NCBI GenBank assembly: GCA_965637545.1
Contig: OZ281494.1
Location: 16,802,001 to 16,866,000 of the forward strand
Length of the DNA: 64,000 nucleotides
Reading direction: 5' to 3'
From: Phallusia mammillata
Lineage: Eukaryota
In this document: positions 12,077 to 25,900 of the stretch, one piece after another
How positions within the stretch are numbered: position 1 is the first letter of the stretch
How the letters are laid out: every line of letters begins with the position of its first letter
Notes under the pieces: model-generated
Told to the model about the DNA's origin: nothing
What the model saw: only the letters and a program-made list of their open reading frames with translations
Databases searched by the model: none
Position numbers and translations under genes: made by a program

Positions 12077-13050
12077 CTACGCATAGACCATCAGTGGCAG
12101 TTTGTTTTTTCCAGCGCCAGATGTTTGTTGCAAAACATTAAACTGCTCTGAACATTCAACGATTTCATGTGTAAGCTCTAAACACGTTTCTGCGGTACAA
12201 CACAGATTTTCATGATCCTCGCGTAGCGTTGAAAATAGACAAGATGTGTCTACAATACGCAAGATAGAAAACACACAGCAGTAATTGTCTATTTTGTTGC
12301 AAATTTAACACAAGCATTCAAACTCATCCATACACTTTACGACTGTGGAGTCACTTCATCGATGAAGGTTAACATTTTCGTATGCGTTGTCCAAGATAGT
12401 TTCACTGTGTAATAAAAACGTGATACTGCTGAATATTTGCTTTCAGAAGAACATCGCACAAAACAAAAAAAAACTTACAAACTACATTATCTGGACCCGT
12501 TTCCGCTTCTGGTTTCTTGTGCTTCTCATTTTCGTTGTTTCATTTTTTCTAACGTACTTAAAATAAAACATGGTGCACCTCATGGCTCTCATGAGAGCCG
12601 TGATGTATGTGGATACACGGATTGAAGTTGCCTAATGTTTTAATTCTTTTGGCTCAGGTGGTGAATCATTATTGCAGTGTTAATGCTGTTTATAATTAGA
12701 GATGACAGCTTTTGGTGAAATACATATTCAGACACTAGGGGTCGTTTGGCTTTTCACGTCGCCGTTAAACAGATCCATTTGCCAAATTCCTAAGCTGCTA
12801 TACGAATTCCATACCAGTTGTTTATGGTGTTGGTGGGGTTGTTACTGTTTTCATGTTCAGTTGTTTTTTGGAAAATAAGTAATCAGTTTACGTGGCCCGA
12901 TGTAATTTTATGCCATTTGCTTATGTAACCTAATTATGTAGTAGCTCTTATAGTTTACACTTCCAACGGTTGTTGAGTGGTGTTTATAAGGGGTGTATGT
13001 TTCAAGATGAATATTATTACTCTGGACAAGTACCTACAACACGACAAACA
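12077..13050 (-). pseudogene. Partial third copy of the receptor stalk and cytoplasmic exons
   Basis: Exon-like pieces KTTEHENSNNPT (about 12.86 kb), HKKPEAETGPDNV (about 12.5 kb) and ETILDNAYENVNLHR* (12404-12356) parallel the RPTP (KETTKQENSNNYPT, DDTYENI) and the 13.8-14.0 kb paralog exons. Confidence 0.55.
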
Positions 13051-13815
13051 ATATGAAACTATAAATAAATTACGTGAATCTCGAAATTAAATCTCGCCCA
13101 TTCGATCGTGGCACATTATAATAGGACGACGTAAAAAATTAAATAATTTTGTTAAAACTGTTTTAGTTATTATCATGACCTTTAAAATACAACATAAATG
13201 CGTTGATACGGGGCTATGCAGAAGATTTCCAAATTTGTATGAAAAAGGAAACAATAAAACAGACAGTAAAATTGGATGATCAGTAATGCTTACCAAGATA
13301 TCAAGAACACAGTTTAGAGCCAGAAAAGCAAAGAAACACAAAGTTATTTAATTGACACATGATTTAGGCTGGAAAACAGTTTGGTGACGACTATTTAGGA
13401 ACATTTTTAAATACAAATTAAACTGTAAAAAGTTGGTAAAAGATTGTTTGAAACCGAAGATGCAAAATAGTTTTTGAAATGTAGTTGACACGAAAGTAGC
13501 AAAATGTTTAACCCTAATATAAAACAAAATGTTTAACCCTAAAGACTAAAAACATAACTGTTAAAACCGGATTGTATTAAAAACCAGTGTTTGTAGAAAG
13601 ACGTGTGAACTCTGTCTTCAGATCATGTGTTCGGTGTTTCACGTACGTTTCGAACTCTTAAGCAAACGTTACATGGCTACAACTCGCCCGCATAAAAAGT
13701 GAGCAAAATCGGATAACATCGAGATAATGTAGGCTAATTGGCAATCAAGACGTTTATGATGCTGACACAAAAATTACGTTCTTTAACGTTTTTAAAACAA
13801 TGCCGCTCTGTCCAA

Positions 13816-16800
13816 TCATTTTCTGGATGATTGCTTAGTATTTTCATATGCATTTTCTAAAACTGCATCGTCTGTGTAATAAAAACATAGGAAGGTTATC
13901 CGTTTTATTCATAGGGCATTACACAGGCTAAACAAGAACCTTACACACTGCAACGTCTGGACCTTGTTCCACTTCTGGTTTAGTGTGGGCGTCCGCTTTG
14001 TCTTCTACATTCACTTTTTTTCTGCAAAAACAAACGAAATTTATGCAACACTGACAAAATGGGAATAGGCTAGTTACTTAGAAATGTTAACAAAATAAAA
14101 TAAACAAACTTTTTTTTTGATAAAACAAATACAAAAAAAAATACTTTTTTATTTTCAGAATTGCGTAAACTTAAACCAAACCAAAATAATACTTGCCCTC
14201 GTTTTTACAAACCACCAAAGTTGCGAATGTTATGAGAACATTAATCCCAATTATTATTCCAGCTATCAGCCAAGTGTTGCTGCAATCACTTCGGATGTAG
14301 GTAAAGTTGGAAGTATGGTTGCTAGTGCTGTTCAAGCCTGAATGCGTGGAAGTATATTTTGTGACAGAACTACAGCAGACAGTCTCCTACTAAATGAATT
14401 GTTTGAGGATAAGAGGTTGGTGGTTTTTCACCATTTATCGGATGTTAGTTTAAAATCCAATTATTTAAAATACTTGCACTTAGAAAATACTGTTGATAAT
14501 TTTAAACTTATACCTTTCTATTATATATGGTTAAATAATTGAGATTGCTTATAGCTGCTGCTGAATGTGTTTCGTACGAAGTGATGATCCACAGATTTAA
14601 TTCAACAATTTCAATCAACATCTTTAAAGAAAACACAAAGTTGTAATATTTGAGCGGATATCAATGGATGAATGCGTTTCATTTTTGAAACCAAACACAA
14701 TGGATCACTTGAAGAAATTATGAACTACATACATTGATTTCATGGGGGCATAATGAATACAATAAATAAACAAGTTCAAAACATTTTTGGGCAAGAGCAT
14801 TAATGCAATGGGAATAAAAGTTCACCATAAATCGTTCAATTACCGTTGTAGTAAGATTGTATGTGTTGACGATATAATCAAGTCCCGTCCAATTGACAAC
14901 AACCATGAGAGAGTTGCACGAAGTTACTGCCAGTGTTGAGACAACTGCGCATAAAATAATAATAAAACTTGTTACAAACCTTTTTTTTTATTTTAGGTTA
15001 TAAAAAGTAACCAACGTTTTGCTTGACAAACGTAGTAAGCCGGTTGGTTACTGCACTTCATGCTTGACTGCTTCCATCCGATCCCATAATGCAATGCTCT
15101 CTGGCGACAAGATGTAAAGTTTGAAACGGAAAAGTTGGCCGGAGATCCGTCGCTCCAAATCCATTCATGTAACTATGTGCTATACCGAGCTTCGATGAAA
15201 ACATGGATATCTGTTCGTTATTAATTTTATTGAGGATCTTATAATTCTGAAAAAATCCTAAGTCACAGGTCACAGCTAATATTTAAAAGTATTAACCTCC
15301 AAAGGTTAATAACCTCCAAAGGTTAATGAAAGATTTTTCGCAGAAAAAATGAATTTGAAAAAGCTGGATACATTTCTTTATTAAGTCACATGAATGTTAT
15401 TTTTCTATAGCACACTTTTTTACCTGGCATAGAAATGGAACGATAAAATTTCTTAAATTGGTTGTAAAACTATTTCAAACAAATAAAAAGAATAATAAAG
15501 TCAAAAGCAACGATAAGCAAAATTTGGAAACTCTGAATAAAAAGCTAAACGTGTTCAAGTTGTGAGTTATTTTATTTAAGGTTTTATAACAGCTCGAAAT
15601 GGTGGCCATAGTGGCGAGAGTTAACTTATAATACTTAAATGTTAAATGTTTTAGTGCAACTGACCTGCTACCATACGTCTCAGTGCAATTACGGGATTTG
15701 TATACCCTAGTAACACTTCGAGTCACTTTTTAGGTTACTTTAGTTACTTTGTCAACAAACTAACGGCCGCCCCCCACATTTTTGTCTATAGTGTTTTATT
15801 GAACGAAACGCAAAACCTTATATAGCACAAAACACGTGGTACGAAATTCAGCAGGGAACACTAAATCACATTTGCAGGCACACGGCTGGAAACATAAGTT
15901 TCCTGACTCCGTAACAAAGGGAAAATGCGACGGCCTAAAAACCAACGCACAAACACGAAATTTAGGACACACAAAAATACGCTATGCGTTTAAATGGCAT
16001 ATAGCTTTGGGCAATAATAAAAGTTCATAATGTTAAATCTAATGCTTTCGCATGTCAACCACTACAACTTTAGTTAAGGGGGATTTTAAGTTACTTTAAG
16101 TTAAGGGGGATTCAATTGGGTGAGAAAGTCATAACAATTGTGTAACAATCACAAAATATACCGTTCGTTTCGGTTGAGCAGCTCCCACCAAACGTTACTC
16201 TCCATTTTCCATTCTGTAGATGACAACAAAACATTCTGTATCGGGGTTTTGTTGTTAAGCTACAATGGAAATTACACAAGCTGAAATTGAAGTGCTAATA
16301 CAAAATGAAGAATTTAAGTAGCATATTGCCTCCTGACCACTGATACACTTTACTACTATTTTTGGTCGGATGAAAACATACAAAAGGTAATAAAAAATAA
16401 ATCAGAGTCACTGAGCAATTAACACCTGTCAAAAAAGTTGGCTCAGGTCTTTTGTCGATTTCCAAGTTCCGAACTCGATTGGATCAAACGAGTATTTGTA
16501 ATAGTTTGGATTGGCAGTATTGTGGAAAATCCATATCCGTTTCAAACCTTTTAAACGTTCAAATTTTAATTGTAATCCTTTAAAACACAAATTCACTTTA
16601 TGTCGTTAAATTATTTTTTGAGGGAAAATAACAAAGAACGCATTACAAACCTGCTGTATATTTCTGAGTTATAAGTTGAGTTAGAGTTTTATTAATCTGT
16701 GAATCGTCGCTGATGACAAGATGTCCACCAAGCAACGAACATTTCTCCTGTGCCGTGTTTGCGTCCACAAGTTCATCAGACAAAATTACCACACTGTGCT

Positions 16801-16971
16801 TGACAGCTTTCACTGACATTTCACAATCTAAAACAGGCAAACCTACATTATTCTGCATAAAACTTAATCGAATAAAACATTCAAACTTACCCTTTACTGT
16901 ATAACTGTTCGCAAGGTTTGTAACATCGATAACCAAATTAGGTATATTTTAAGTCTGGTGAAAGCAATCAT
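13816..16971 (-). pseudogene. Disrupted tandem paralog of the lectin-RPTP ectodomain, TM and short tail; no phosphatase exons
   Basis: Exon-for-exon similarity: MIAFTRLKIYLIWLSMLQTLRT, CSLLGGHLVISDDSQINKTL, LKRIWIF, WIWSDGSPANF, NWTGLD, TM WLIAGIIIGINVLITFATLVVC, and a tail ending LENAYENTKQSSRK*. Lesions: +2 nt and TAA at 16894-16896, -14 nt and TGA at 16429-16431, TAG at 15173-15175, and a 5-prime-truncated exon at about 15.45 kb. Confidence 0.8.
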
Positions 16972-17430
16972 AGCACCAATTACTTTGTTCGATTAAGCAC
17001 ACCTGTGTGCAGCAACAGACAATCCATAGGCTCCAGCTCATAAGCAATGAGATGTATTCTCGGGAACAGGACGTGTCTAGGGAAATGGCAGGTATGGAGG
17101 CGTTTCTACTACATGTTAAAGGTGATTAGGACCTTTGTACCAGATTGTATTTATTTAAACAATATAAGCTGGTGCATTTTTAGGTTTAAAAAATCTGTAT
17201 TCGCATTTTGTGCATGATCCATCTTACTGAATAGATAAAACAAACACCGAATACACACATTCTGTCCATGTCATTCGATGTAGCCTACGTATGCAGTCCA
17301 TAGGAGAAGAGAGTTGTGAGTGTTAAGGACAAGAACAATAAAATATTGAATTTGTGTTGCTGTCCTAATTTAATTTTCATGTCCTCTGTGTCATGCAATT
17401 ACGATTGGTGTGTTTTTCGAAGCCCTAAAG

Positions 17431-17944
17431 TAGTGGTGGCCAAACTACGGCCCCCAGTCCCGTTTCATCCGGCCCGCCAAACACCTTGCCTGGTTTTTTC
17501 ATAAGCACCATATTTACCACTGTGAACAAGCAGTGCAACAGCGCTAGCTGCTACTAGCAGTAGCTTGTGGCAAGCGTTGTTATTTTTAGAATAAATGCCC
17601 TTGCAGCGTTATTTTTAGAACAGTCTGCCAATCATGACGTAAGTAGCTAACATAGCCTGTATGTGCTCTTTTTCACATCCCTATGGCCTACTAGCCTACT
17701 TTGTAAGAAATCAGGAAGTTAATTGTTCCAGCTTTGACTTTCAGTATTTTACTAAGCATGTAAGAGACAATACGCACATTGGATTTATTGGTGTTATTTA
17801 TTGTTATTCTACTACAATAATATATATTTTAATAAAGATGGCAACCAGTTACGACAAATTTTACGTAAATCTCATTTAATCCGGTCCTCCAGTGGCAAGA
17901 CAGTTGCAAATTGGCCCTCTGGTAAAAAAGTTTGGCCACCCCTG
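17431..17944. mobile_element. hAT-type MITE
   Basis: TIR tagtggtggccaaac...gtttggccacccctg; exact TSD ccctaaag (17423-17430, 17945-17952). Confidence 0.88.
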
Positions 17945-19904
17945 CCCTAAAGCAACAAAAATCTATTCATGTAGGTACCCCACGAAGTTTGTTAAAGCGC
18001 TAAGTTTCTCAGTTTAGGTTCGATTCTAAATTAAACGAATTTGGTACTTAGCGTACATTAAATAATAGAAACAAACAACTCCGATTCGGAAAAAAATAGG
18101 TGTTTCGAACCACTTTCAAGCAATCTATTTGACACCGATTATGCTTTTAAATGTAATCTGTGGATCTACTGTTCAGTTCGAAGCGAATTGGTACCTAATT
18201 TAAAACAAGATGCAAGTTGTCTCTACGGAAAAACTAATGGGAAACATAGACGTTTTATAACGTAGACTTTTCTATCCAACTGCTTTTCAGGCTTTTCAAA
18301 AAGTCAGCAAACATAGAACAACAGAGCTGGAGAAAGTTCATGTTAAAAAATCTACGTGACGAGCTTCAGTTGCTGGGAAAAATCCTGTGTGCGTTATCGG
18401 ATCACGCAGGCGGCAGAAGGTTCGGAAAAAGTAGGCGACACCAGGCGAATGAAGACACGAAATCACTACTCTTTATAACCGAATCCAACAAGACAAAAAC
18501 AAATTTGCGATGGAAATATTTACATCACAGTGATGATATGCGATGGTTGGAGCATTGTAAAAGTTCTCGGATCGTAAGCGTTAGCGACCGAAGTGCGTTG
18601 GATAAATGTATTTGCGCATCACAAGTTTCGCAATTTTTTACTGATTTGAAACATAAAGACTTCATATTATGGTAATATCGCAATAACGGAGGGAAATTGT
18701 TTACACGTCTCAAGACAGTACATTGAGGGTAAAACATCGCGAAAATTTCATGTTTTTATGTTTTGCAAGAAACCAATACTTTAATGCTACCACCAATCAT
18801 AATGTTCTTATCAGTTTACAAATGTGCAACGTCTCTTCAGACACTGTGGGTGGCGGTTGCAAAAGTAAAAAAGCGTACAGGCGATTGCGCATTGTTGAAG
18901 CATGGCCACGTGACTTACTTATGCGCCAATAGTTGACCGCAAAAAAACAAAAAAAACAATAGACGGTGCGATAAACTGTGACAACGTAACAGATCTAAAA
19001 CAGTGTCACCAAAATAACGCAAGAAAAAAAAGATGGCAAACCTTGAATGCATAACGACGAGGGTGGCCGCCCCGTACAGAGAGAACAGAAATGTACCATG
19101 AAAGAAAAGAGTATTTTGAAGGGACCAAGACACACACAGTTTTACAGCGCTGTGTTAGTAAAGAAAAGAAAAAAGCATCTCTGCACAAGTAGTTGGAAAA
19201 CGCACGTACAAAGGACACAATATACACATCAGTTTAACATTCGCCACACAAACTGTGTGTTGATTTTCTTAACTGTAATTCATCTAAAATTGATTGAAAA
19301 TTGGGTGACAGACTTTGTACGAAGCGCTACTTACATATAGAATTCACGGTGAACGCAAAACTATTTCATATGAAACAACTCATGTGATATCACCTGCAAC
19401 CGCCGCGCTCGGCAAAGAAATCCGTGACGAAATTAGTAAATCGTAAAACCCAGATGCAAAAATGCCCAGTATCTGAAAATAGTCTTGAGTTTCTGAAGTC
19501 CAAGTGGCCAAAAGCTAACTTTTTTAATTTTTTTAATTACATTCCTACTTTAAATTTCCTCTTGTATGGTTCAGCAACATCGATAAACCAGTGGATTTGT
19601 GGAGAAATTGTTCAAGGAAACGTAGTAAAACAAACACAAATAGCGTGAGCATTTGAAATAAGAGGGGGCGGAAACAAGTTGCTTTCCAGAAGGAGAAAGA
19701 GAACGAAGTGAAGAGCTATCTAACTGTGTACATAAACGACCACCAGCACATGCCTGACTGCCCAGTTCACCGCGATATATATCTCCTGCGACTGCACACC
19801 TAGTTGCTTTGTTCCTTGCCTGATGCTTGAAGGAAGGCCTCCACGTTTGGCCAGATGTGCTGCGTTATGTGTTGACTGTCTCTTATGGGTTACTGCAAGG
19901 CTTG

Positions 19905-22900
19905 TCAGTCAACAGGCTGCTGCCATATAAGCTTTTTAAAGCCTTGGTCTCCCTCTAGAGGTGTAGCACAGAACGGACATGCGGCGTTGTAGGCTTGTGT
20001 GCCATGAGGTAGAGCTGTTTGAGACCAGTATCTAAAGAAGAGTGGTAAAAATTTGAAACGTGAACATAATTGTAAGACTGCCGTATACATGTGCTCACAC
20101 ATACATGTACTTTAACAAAACTCTTTAAATAAACCGTTGGTAAGTTGTATATGTATCTTGTATAGATGTAGATATCAACTGCCCGCCCTTTGCAAAGTGT
20201 TAGTGTATATTTTACCCAACATACTTAGCAGTTTGTTGTGAACAGACATGTCCACATGGCACAAAACAGTGTGTAGGTGACCCAGTGTCGATATAAAATG
20301 CTGGTTCATTTCCTATCCACAGAGGAACATACTTGCCAACCTGAAAAATGACAGGATGTTGTTATATTTGTCTGCTGATGCATGCATTACTGGTTTGTGA
20401 TGAATGGAAGTTGGTTAATAATTCATTTTTATTTTACCTGTTTTAAACTGATCATCAAACAAATCAAATTGTTAGGTTTTCATATACAGTATCACTTAAG
20501 TGTTTTCTTGCATTTACATCATATTTGTATAAGTTTCCCTTACATTTACTAACAAAAATAGATACACAGTGACGAATAATTTACAAAAAACATTTAAAAG
20601 GTTTAATGATAGTACATGTAAAATTCAACACATCATTTCAGGATACTTACAGATCTGCACAATGGACACATCATTTCTTCCTCTCCCTGGTAGCCCCAAC
20701 TGATTCTTCCATGAACATGACCACATTCAACATACACCCAGGGCTGTTTTTCTGTTTCACGAGTTGCACGACTCCTTCGTGGGAATGCTAGTGTCGTCAA
20801 ACCCACAGGGCATTGGGGTCGTCCGAGGTTAAGATTTTGGATGAGCTGGTCAATATGTCTGGGGGTCTGCAATTGTACCACCATAATTTAAGTTGTTTTT
20901 CAAACAGAAAGAAACCTTTTACCATGTTATCATTTCACACACACAATAAGATGTATTGTTGAGTCAAATAAATACAGAATGCACAGCTTCATAGCTATAG
21001 TACCGGCTGTAAAAGTTTCAGTTAAAACCAACCAATTGCTGCATGCCAAATGTACATGGACAAACTGCAGGAAATCAATAAATACCAAAAACCACACAGA
21101 GTAAGTTATTTTTGGTTTTAGTGGGGTAGGGCAGTGCTTCCCAACCTTTTCCAGCTCGCGGCCCATTTAAAAAAATACTTTTTTTGGCGGACCACCGTTT
21201 AATATTGCGACAAAACCACAATGGAAAAGAACTAAAATTGACAGATAAATAATAACTGCACAAGCAATACTTCTGTTAATGTGAAGCCTGAGCTTGCTGA
21301 TTTGATATCATTTATGAGATCATTACTACTTTCTGGGGAAAAAAACTATTTATTTTGTAGCTACTCAAAAACCAAATAAAGCTAACAAAGACAGTTACAG
21401 CTTAAAGATTTTACAACTAGTACAACTGTTGTGACGCGACAATTGCAGTTTGTTTGTGTAATCAAACTTTGTTTAACGTGTAATCTTATGCGGCTTTCAT
21501 AGTGAATAATTTTATATTTTTGAGAAAAAAGGTTAAATTTGAAAGTACGTTCACACAAACTGTGTAACTTTTTTTAACTTCTATATTGGTATGGTAATAG
21601 TTTGAAAAGCTTCACGGCCCACCAGAAAGTACGTCGCGGACCACCAGTGGGCCGCGGCCCACCGGTTGGGAAGCGCTGGGGTAGGGGACCCAACCTAAGT
21701 CAAATATAATCAAAAAATGTTTACCAATGCCATAAACTGGCTCCACAAGTCCTGGGTCAAAATTGAGTATTTTAACTACACATACAACTTGGTGATAACC
21801 AAACATAGAATTTGAAGGTGTACATTGGTATTAAAAGTTCACTGCCATGATAGTCACACAGCTTTCAATGACAATTAAAGCAAGGGATGCAACACTTCAA
21901 CAAAATGTTGTTGTTTTTTGGTAAAAAGCTGCAAATGGAGTTTATGTCATGACTTTTATTCAACAATAGATTTTCCCACTTATTGGCAAACATTGCTTCA
22001 TTTCACATGTGTAAACTTGGGTGCCGAATATTGCAATATCCAAGAAAAACTTTTCAGTATTTTTTGACAATGTCCTTCCCAATGACCTGTAAACATCCCA
22101 GAGCCACAAGGTGGTGATTTCAAAATTGTTATTGTATGATTAAAACACATAAAGATGCCTTGCAGTCAACCATAAACAGCATTAGTTTACCAACAACCAA
22201 AAAACAACAAACCCAAAAACATTAAACCTAGACTTTAAAATCTTAAAAAAATGAATTAAGGTTATATGTTCCAGCCAGAAACATTGCAAAGGCCATGTAA
22301 AATGGAAAGGAAATAAGTAAAAACATGTGTATCATAGATGACATAGTGATACTTACCGGCATGCATTCTGCATTACTTGAAGATCTCCACAATAGGGTGG
22401 CGCCACAGAGGTCAATAAGAGTTCCATTTACAAGAATGTTGTTGTCGCTCTCCACCTGCAACCAAATAGGTTATAATATGCACTAATCAAAACTAAACCA
22501 TAGTCATCTATGCAACAAATCAGTTCAGATATATTTTTAAAGAATTCCAAGTAATAAAAATAGACAAAAACAATATGTGTCCCCTTCAGGGAAGGGGACC
22601 CATAATGAAACCGTAGTTGTAAGCAGTTTGATGGGCAATTTAAGGACTTTACATAACAGGTTAGTTTAATAGTAATCCCGTGCTTTGACAAAATGTATGC
22701 ACAACTTTTTTACATCTTCTTTTATGGAAAATGAACTGAGAGCGGATCAGTGGACAGGTCTAAGCTTGAAAGCTGAATAAATGTTGACATGGTTGCTTGG
22801 TGTACCGGTCAAACACAGCTGGCTTGCCTATACATGCCAGGGCAGATTACAGGCTGCAGTTTCTTGACAAATCATTTTGTAGGAGGAAAAAAAATTACAA

Positions 22901-25900
22901 ATACAATCCTTTTGAAAAAACATTGATGCATTGACATGGTTTTATTGTGTACATTTAAGTCTCATATGCGGTTGAAATACACACAAGCTAACACAATGGC
23001 AAGCAGTACACCATTTTGCGTAACAAAGAAGCCCTTAAGCGCCACTTGACAGACACAACCAAGCTCTCCAAGCATTTTTTCAGAGTTATGTGGCAATCAG
23101 TCTCCTGACAACACTTTGCACAAAACAAACCTTTGCACCAGGTGATTGTGCAGAACGGGATTCCCTTAGTCGATAAATATCCCCACACAAAGAGGTTTCT
23201 TTCCACTGGGTGGGTTCAGATTGCTGGCTAAAGCCGTTTTTCGGCTGCATAATCAATACGCCGTTAGTTGTAAGACCATCCATAATCTTATTACCCCCTT
23301 TTTCTATCATCCACTTTGGAGCTTTTTCCTAAAAAAAGGAATAAGTTATATTGACATATTCTGTTCACAACATCTACCAACCAAAAGAATTTTAATTTAA
23401 ACATGTGTTATATTACATTCTTATATAAAATTGTCTTGATTAGAATAACAGAAGTGTTGTAAAAACAATATTATGTTTTGATCTATAATGATAGGATGTA
23501 TTTTTTAATTGACAACAATCACAGCAATGTTTACATTAAAAATTCGGCTGTGCATACAAAAGTTAGTTAATTTCACTTCATGCTGTACGCATTTGTGTGG
23601 GGAATCCATTAAGCTGTATAGTTTTAAAATACTTTCTTTTCACAAATTTCACAAATAATTTCTGTGCAAAGCATTTTATTCCAACGATGCTTTTGTAATG
23701 TGTTTAAGTCTAGTAGGCAAATAAAAACTGGCCAGCTATATGTGGATTTAAGAACAGCAGAGAAGCAACTTTTTTATGAAAGGTACATGTAAATCAGTGA
23801 GACTTACTCCCAAAATGATGTTCATTGAGGTATCAAAGCCTGCAGCATATATTCTTGCTGTGTAAGGTGGCTTTCGATCACACACTATACGACAGGCAAA
23901 CCTGCAAGGAACAAGTTGGTTAAATACTGTAGCTGTATAACATTCAACAAACTATTTGACACATAAACTACACAAACAAATTTAACACATCACAAAAACT
24001 AGTCAGTAACATTTTATAGTATATTCAACACTAATTTTTGAAGCACTTCGGTATTAAAAATCGGAATTACTATTAGATTGATGGTTATGCTCTAAGTATG
24101 CAAATGGGATTCTTGAATGCATTAATACACAGTGAAAGAAATAAGTTGGTGTGATATAACCACCACAGGTGTGTTGTACCATGTAAAATGCATTACAAAG
24201 GTTTTAACACTTGAAAACGCAGGACTTGCCTTGATATCGTGCTCTGTTGTGGTTGTTGGTCAGTGGAATTGGTAGGTATTGACATTCCAGGCAAGATGTC
24301 CATGACCACAAAGTCAATGGGTTCTTCAGTAGATCTGCCAATCTTTAGGAAAAAGGGAAAATAAATGTTACGTTGAGGGAAAATAAATGTCAAAGCAGAA
24401 ACAAAACCATAGAATTTGATTAATTGTGAGAATTATAAGGTAAAAAGTGTTTTACAATACCTGAACATTGTTTGTCAAACAAAACATTTACTCAAATATT
24501 TATGCATAAAACAAAAGTTCCCCTAAGCACATGATGTGATGTAAATCTTTGCCTTTTGATAAATCATCAGCATTGTCGCTAAGGCAGAGTAATAAAAACA
24601 CATTTAAACATGTGTCTTGTCCACAAACATAATGACTTTCTGTGTTTGTGTTGCAATAAAATGGTATTTTAAGACAAAAAAGCAGGTTAAACAGTAGAAT
24701 CAGAAACTATCCTTTCAAAGAACAATTTTTGTAACATGTCTTGTCAATTTAAAATGCCTAAAAAAGCTGTTTTAGTGTTTGTTTGACACTCAGTTGAGTA
24801 TAAAAAAGTTTTTATTTGTTTGAATTTAAGTTTTGATACAGGTTTGTTTTTTTATAAATATCCAGTTTTGGACTTTGACAGATTTCGTCATTGACAGCCG
24901 ACGTAATCTCCCGGGAATAGCGCAATCGACCAGCTGTTCTGTGCAGCAAGAGAAATGCCGAGATCGAAGACCATCGAGCATTCGTAAAACGCGCGTTGTT
25001 GGTAACGGTGTGTGCCCAGCAAGCAGCGGCGGAGTGGGGCAGGTCTGGGCAAGTCTACACGCATAAGAGCGTCAGATCGGCCGCTTTTATCAATGACAAA
25101 GGCGGCATAGGATTCCCGCCAAAAGCCTAACACCGCAAACCTCCTGAGTTATGTGCTGAGGTGTGGAATGATGTAATGTGCGTGGCATGCCATATATACA
25201 TTCGGGACTTTCTATAGTTCAAATGCAAAACAGTGCAATTTCCATAACTGTAGTCAATTGCAACATCGTTCATTAAATAAGCTATTGCAAACGTTAAGTT
25301 TATGTTGGTGGATGCTATTCACCCCAAGAAGTGCAAAATTTTGCCTTTACATAATGTAACACAGAACAGAAACTGTCTTGGTTACTTCCTCACGAAATTT
25401 AGTCCACCTTAATTACCTTCACAAAATTTTGTTGACCGGTGTGTCATTGTGTTGGCAGTCTGTGTGCGAGAAAAGCGAAAGTGCAAAAGAATCGAAATCG
25501 GTGTTAACTCACATGAGCAATCGAAACCGCAGCAGTGTTTGTATAATACCAACCCACACCTTGCCTGGTCAGGTGACAAAAGTACAAAAATACACCGATC
25601 CAACGAATAAGTCCGAAGGTTAACGTGTGGTGCTTGTACTCATCAAAACACAATTTTAAGTTATTGCCCTCCAATGTTCGGCCAAAAACAATATATATGT
25701 AATATTCCCAATGCCCCGGAGAGGCGATTAAATGCTTGACTGCACGACAAATCAGAGAAACATCAATTGTTACCGGCTAATTGCACTGGCTTGCCGCCGG
25801 CTGTCTTAAGTGCCCGAGTGCGGAGAGCCGGTTGTATGTGCCTTCTGATACAGAGTAACCTAGCTGAATCCAGCTAAGCAGCGGCAACGTACAATTAATG

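Noticed and set aside
18340-18675. 111-aa ORF between the paralog and Pellino
   Set aside because: No recognisable motif or splice context; it probably lies antisense to the Pellino 3-prime region.
25030-25055. gggcaggtctggg resembling the RNase P P4 motif
   Set aside because: The complementary 3-prime CR-V element is absent downstream.
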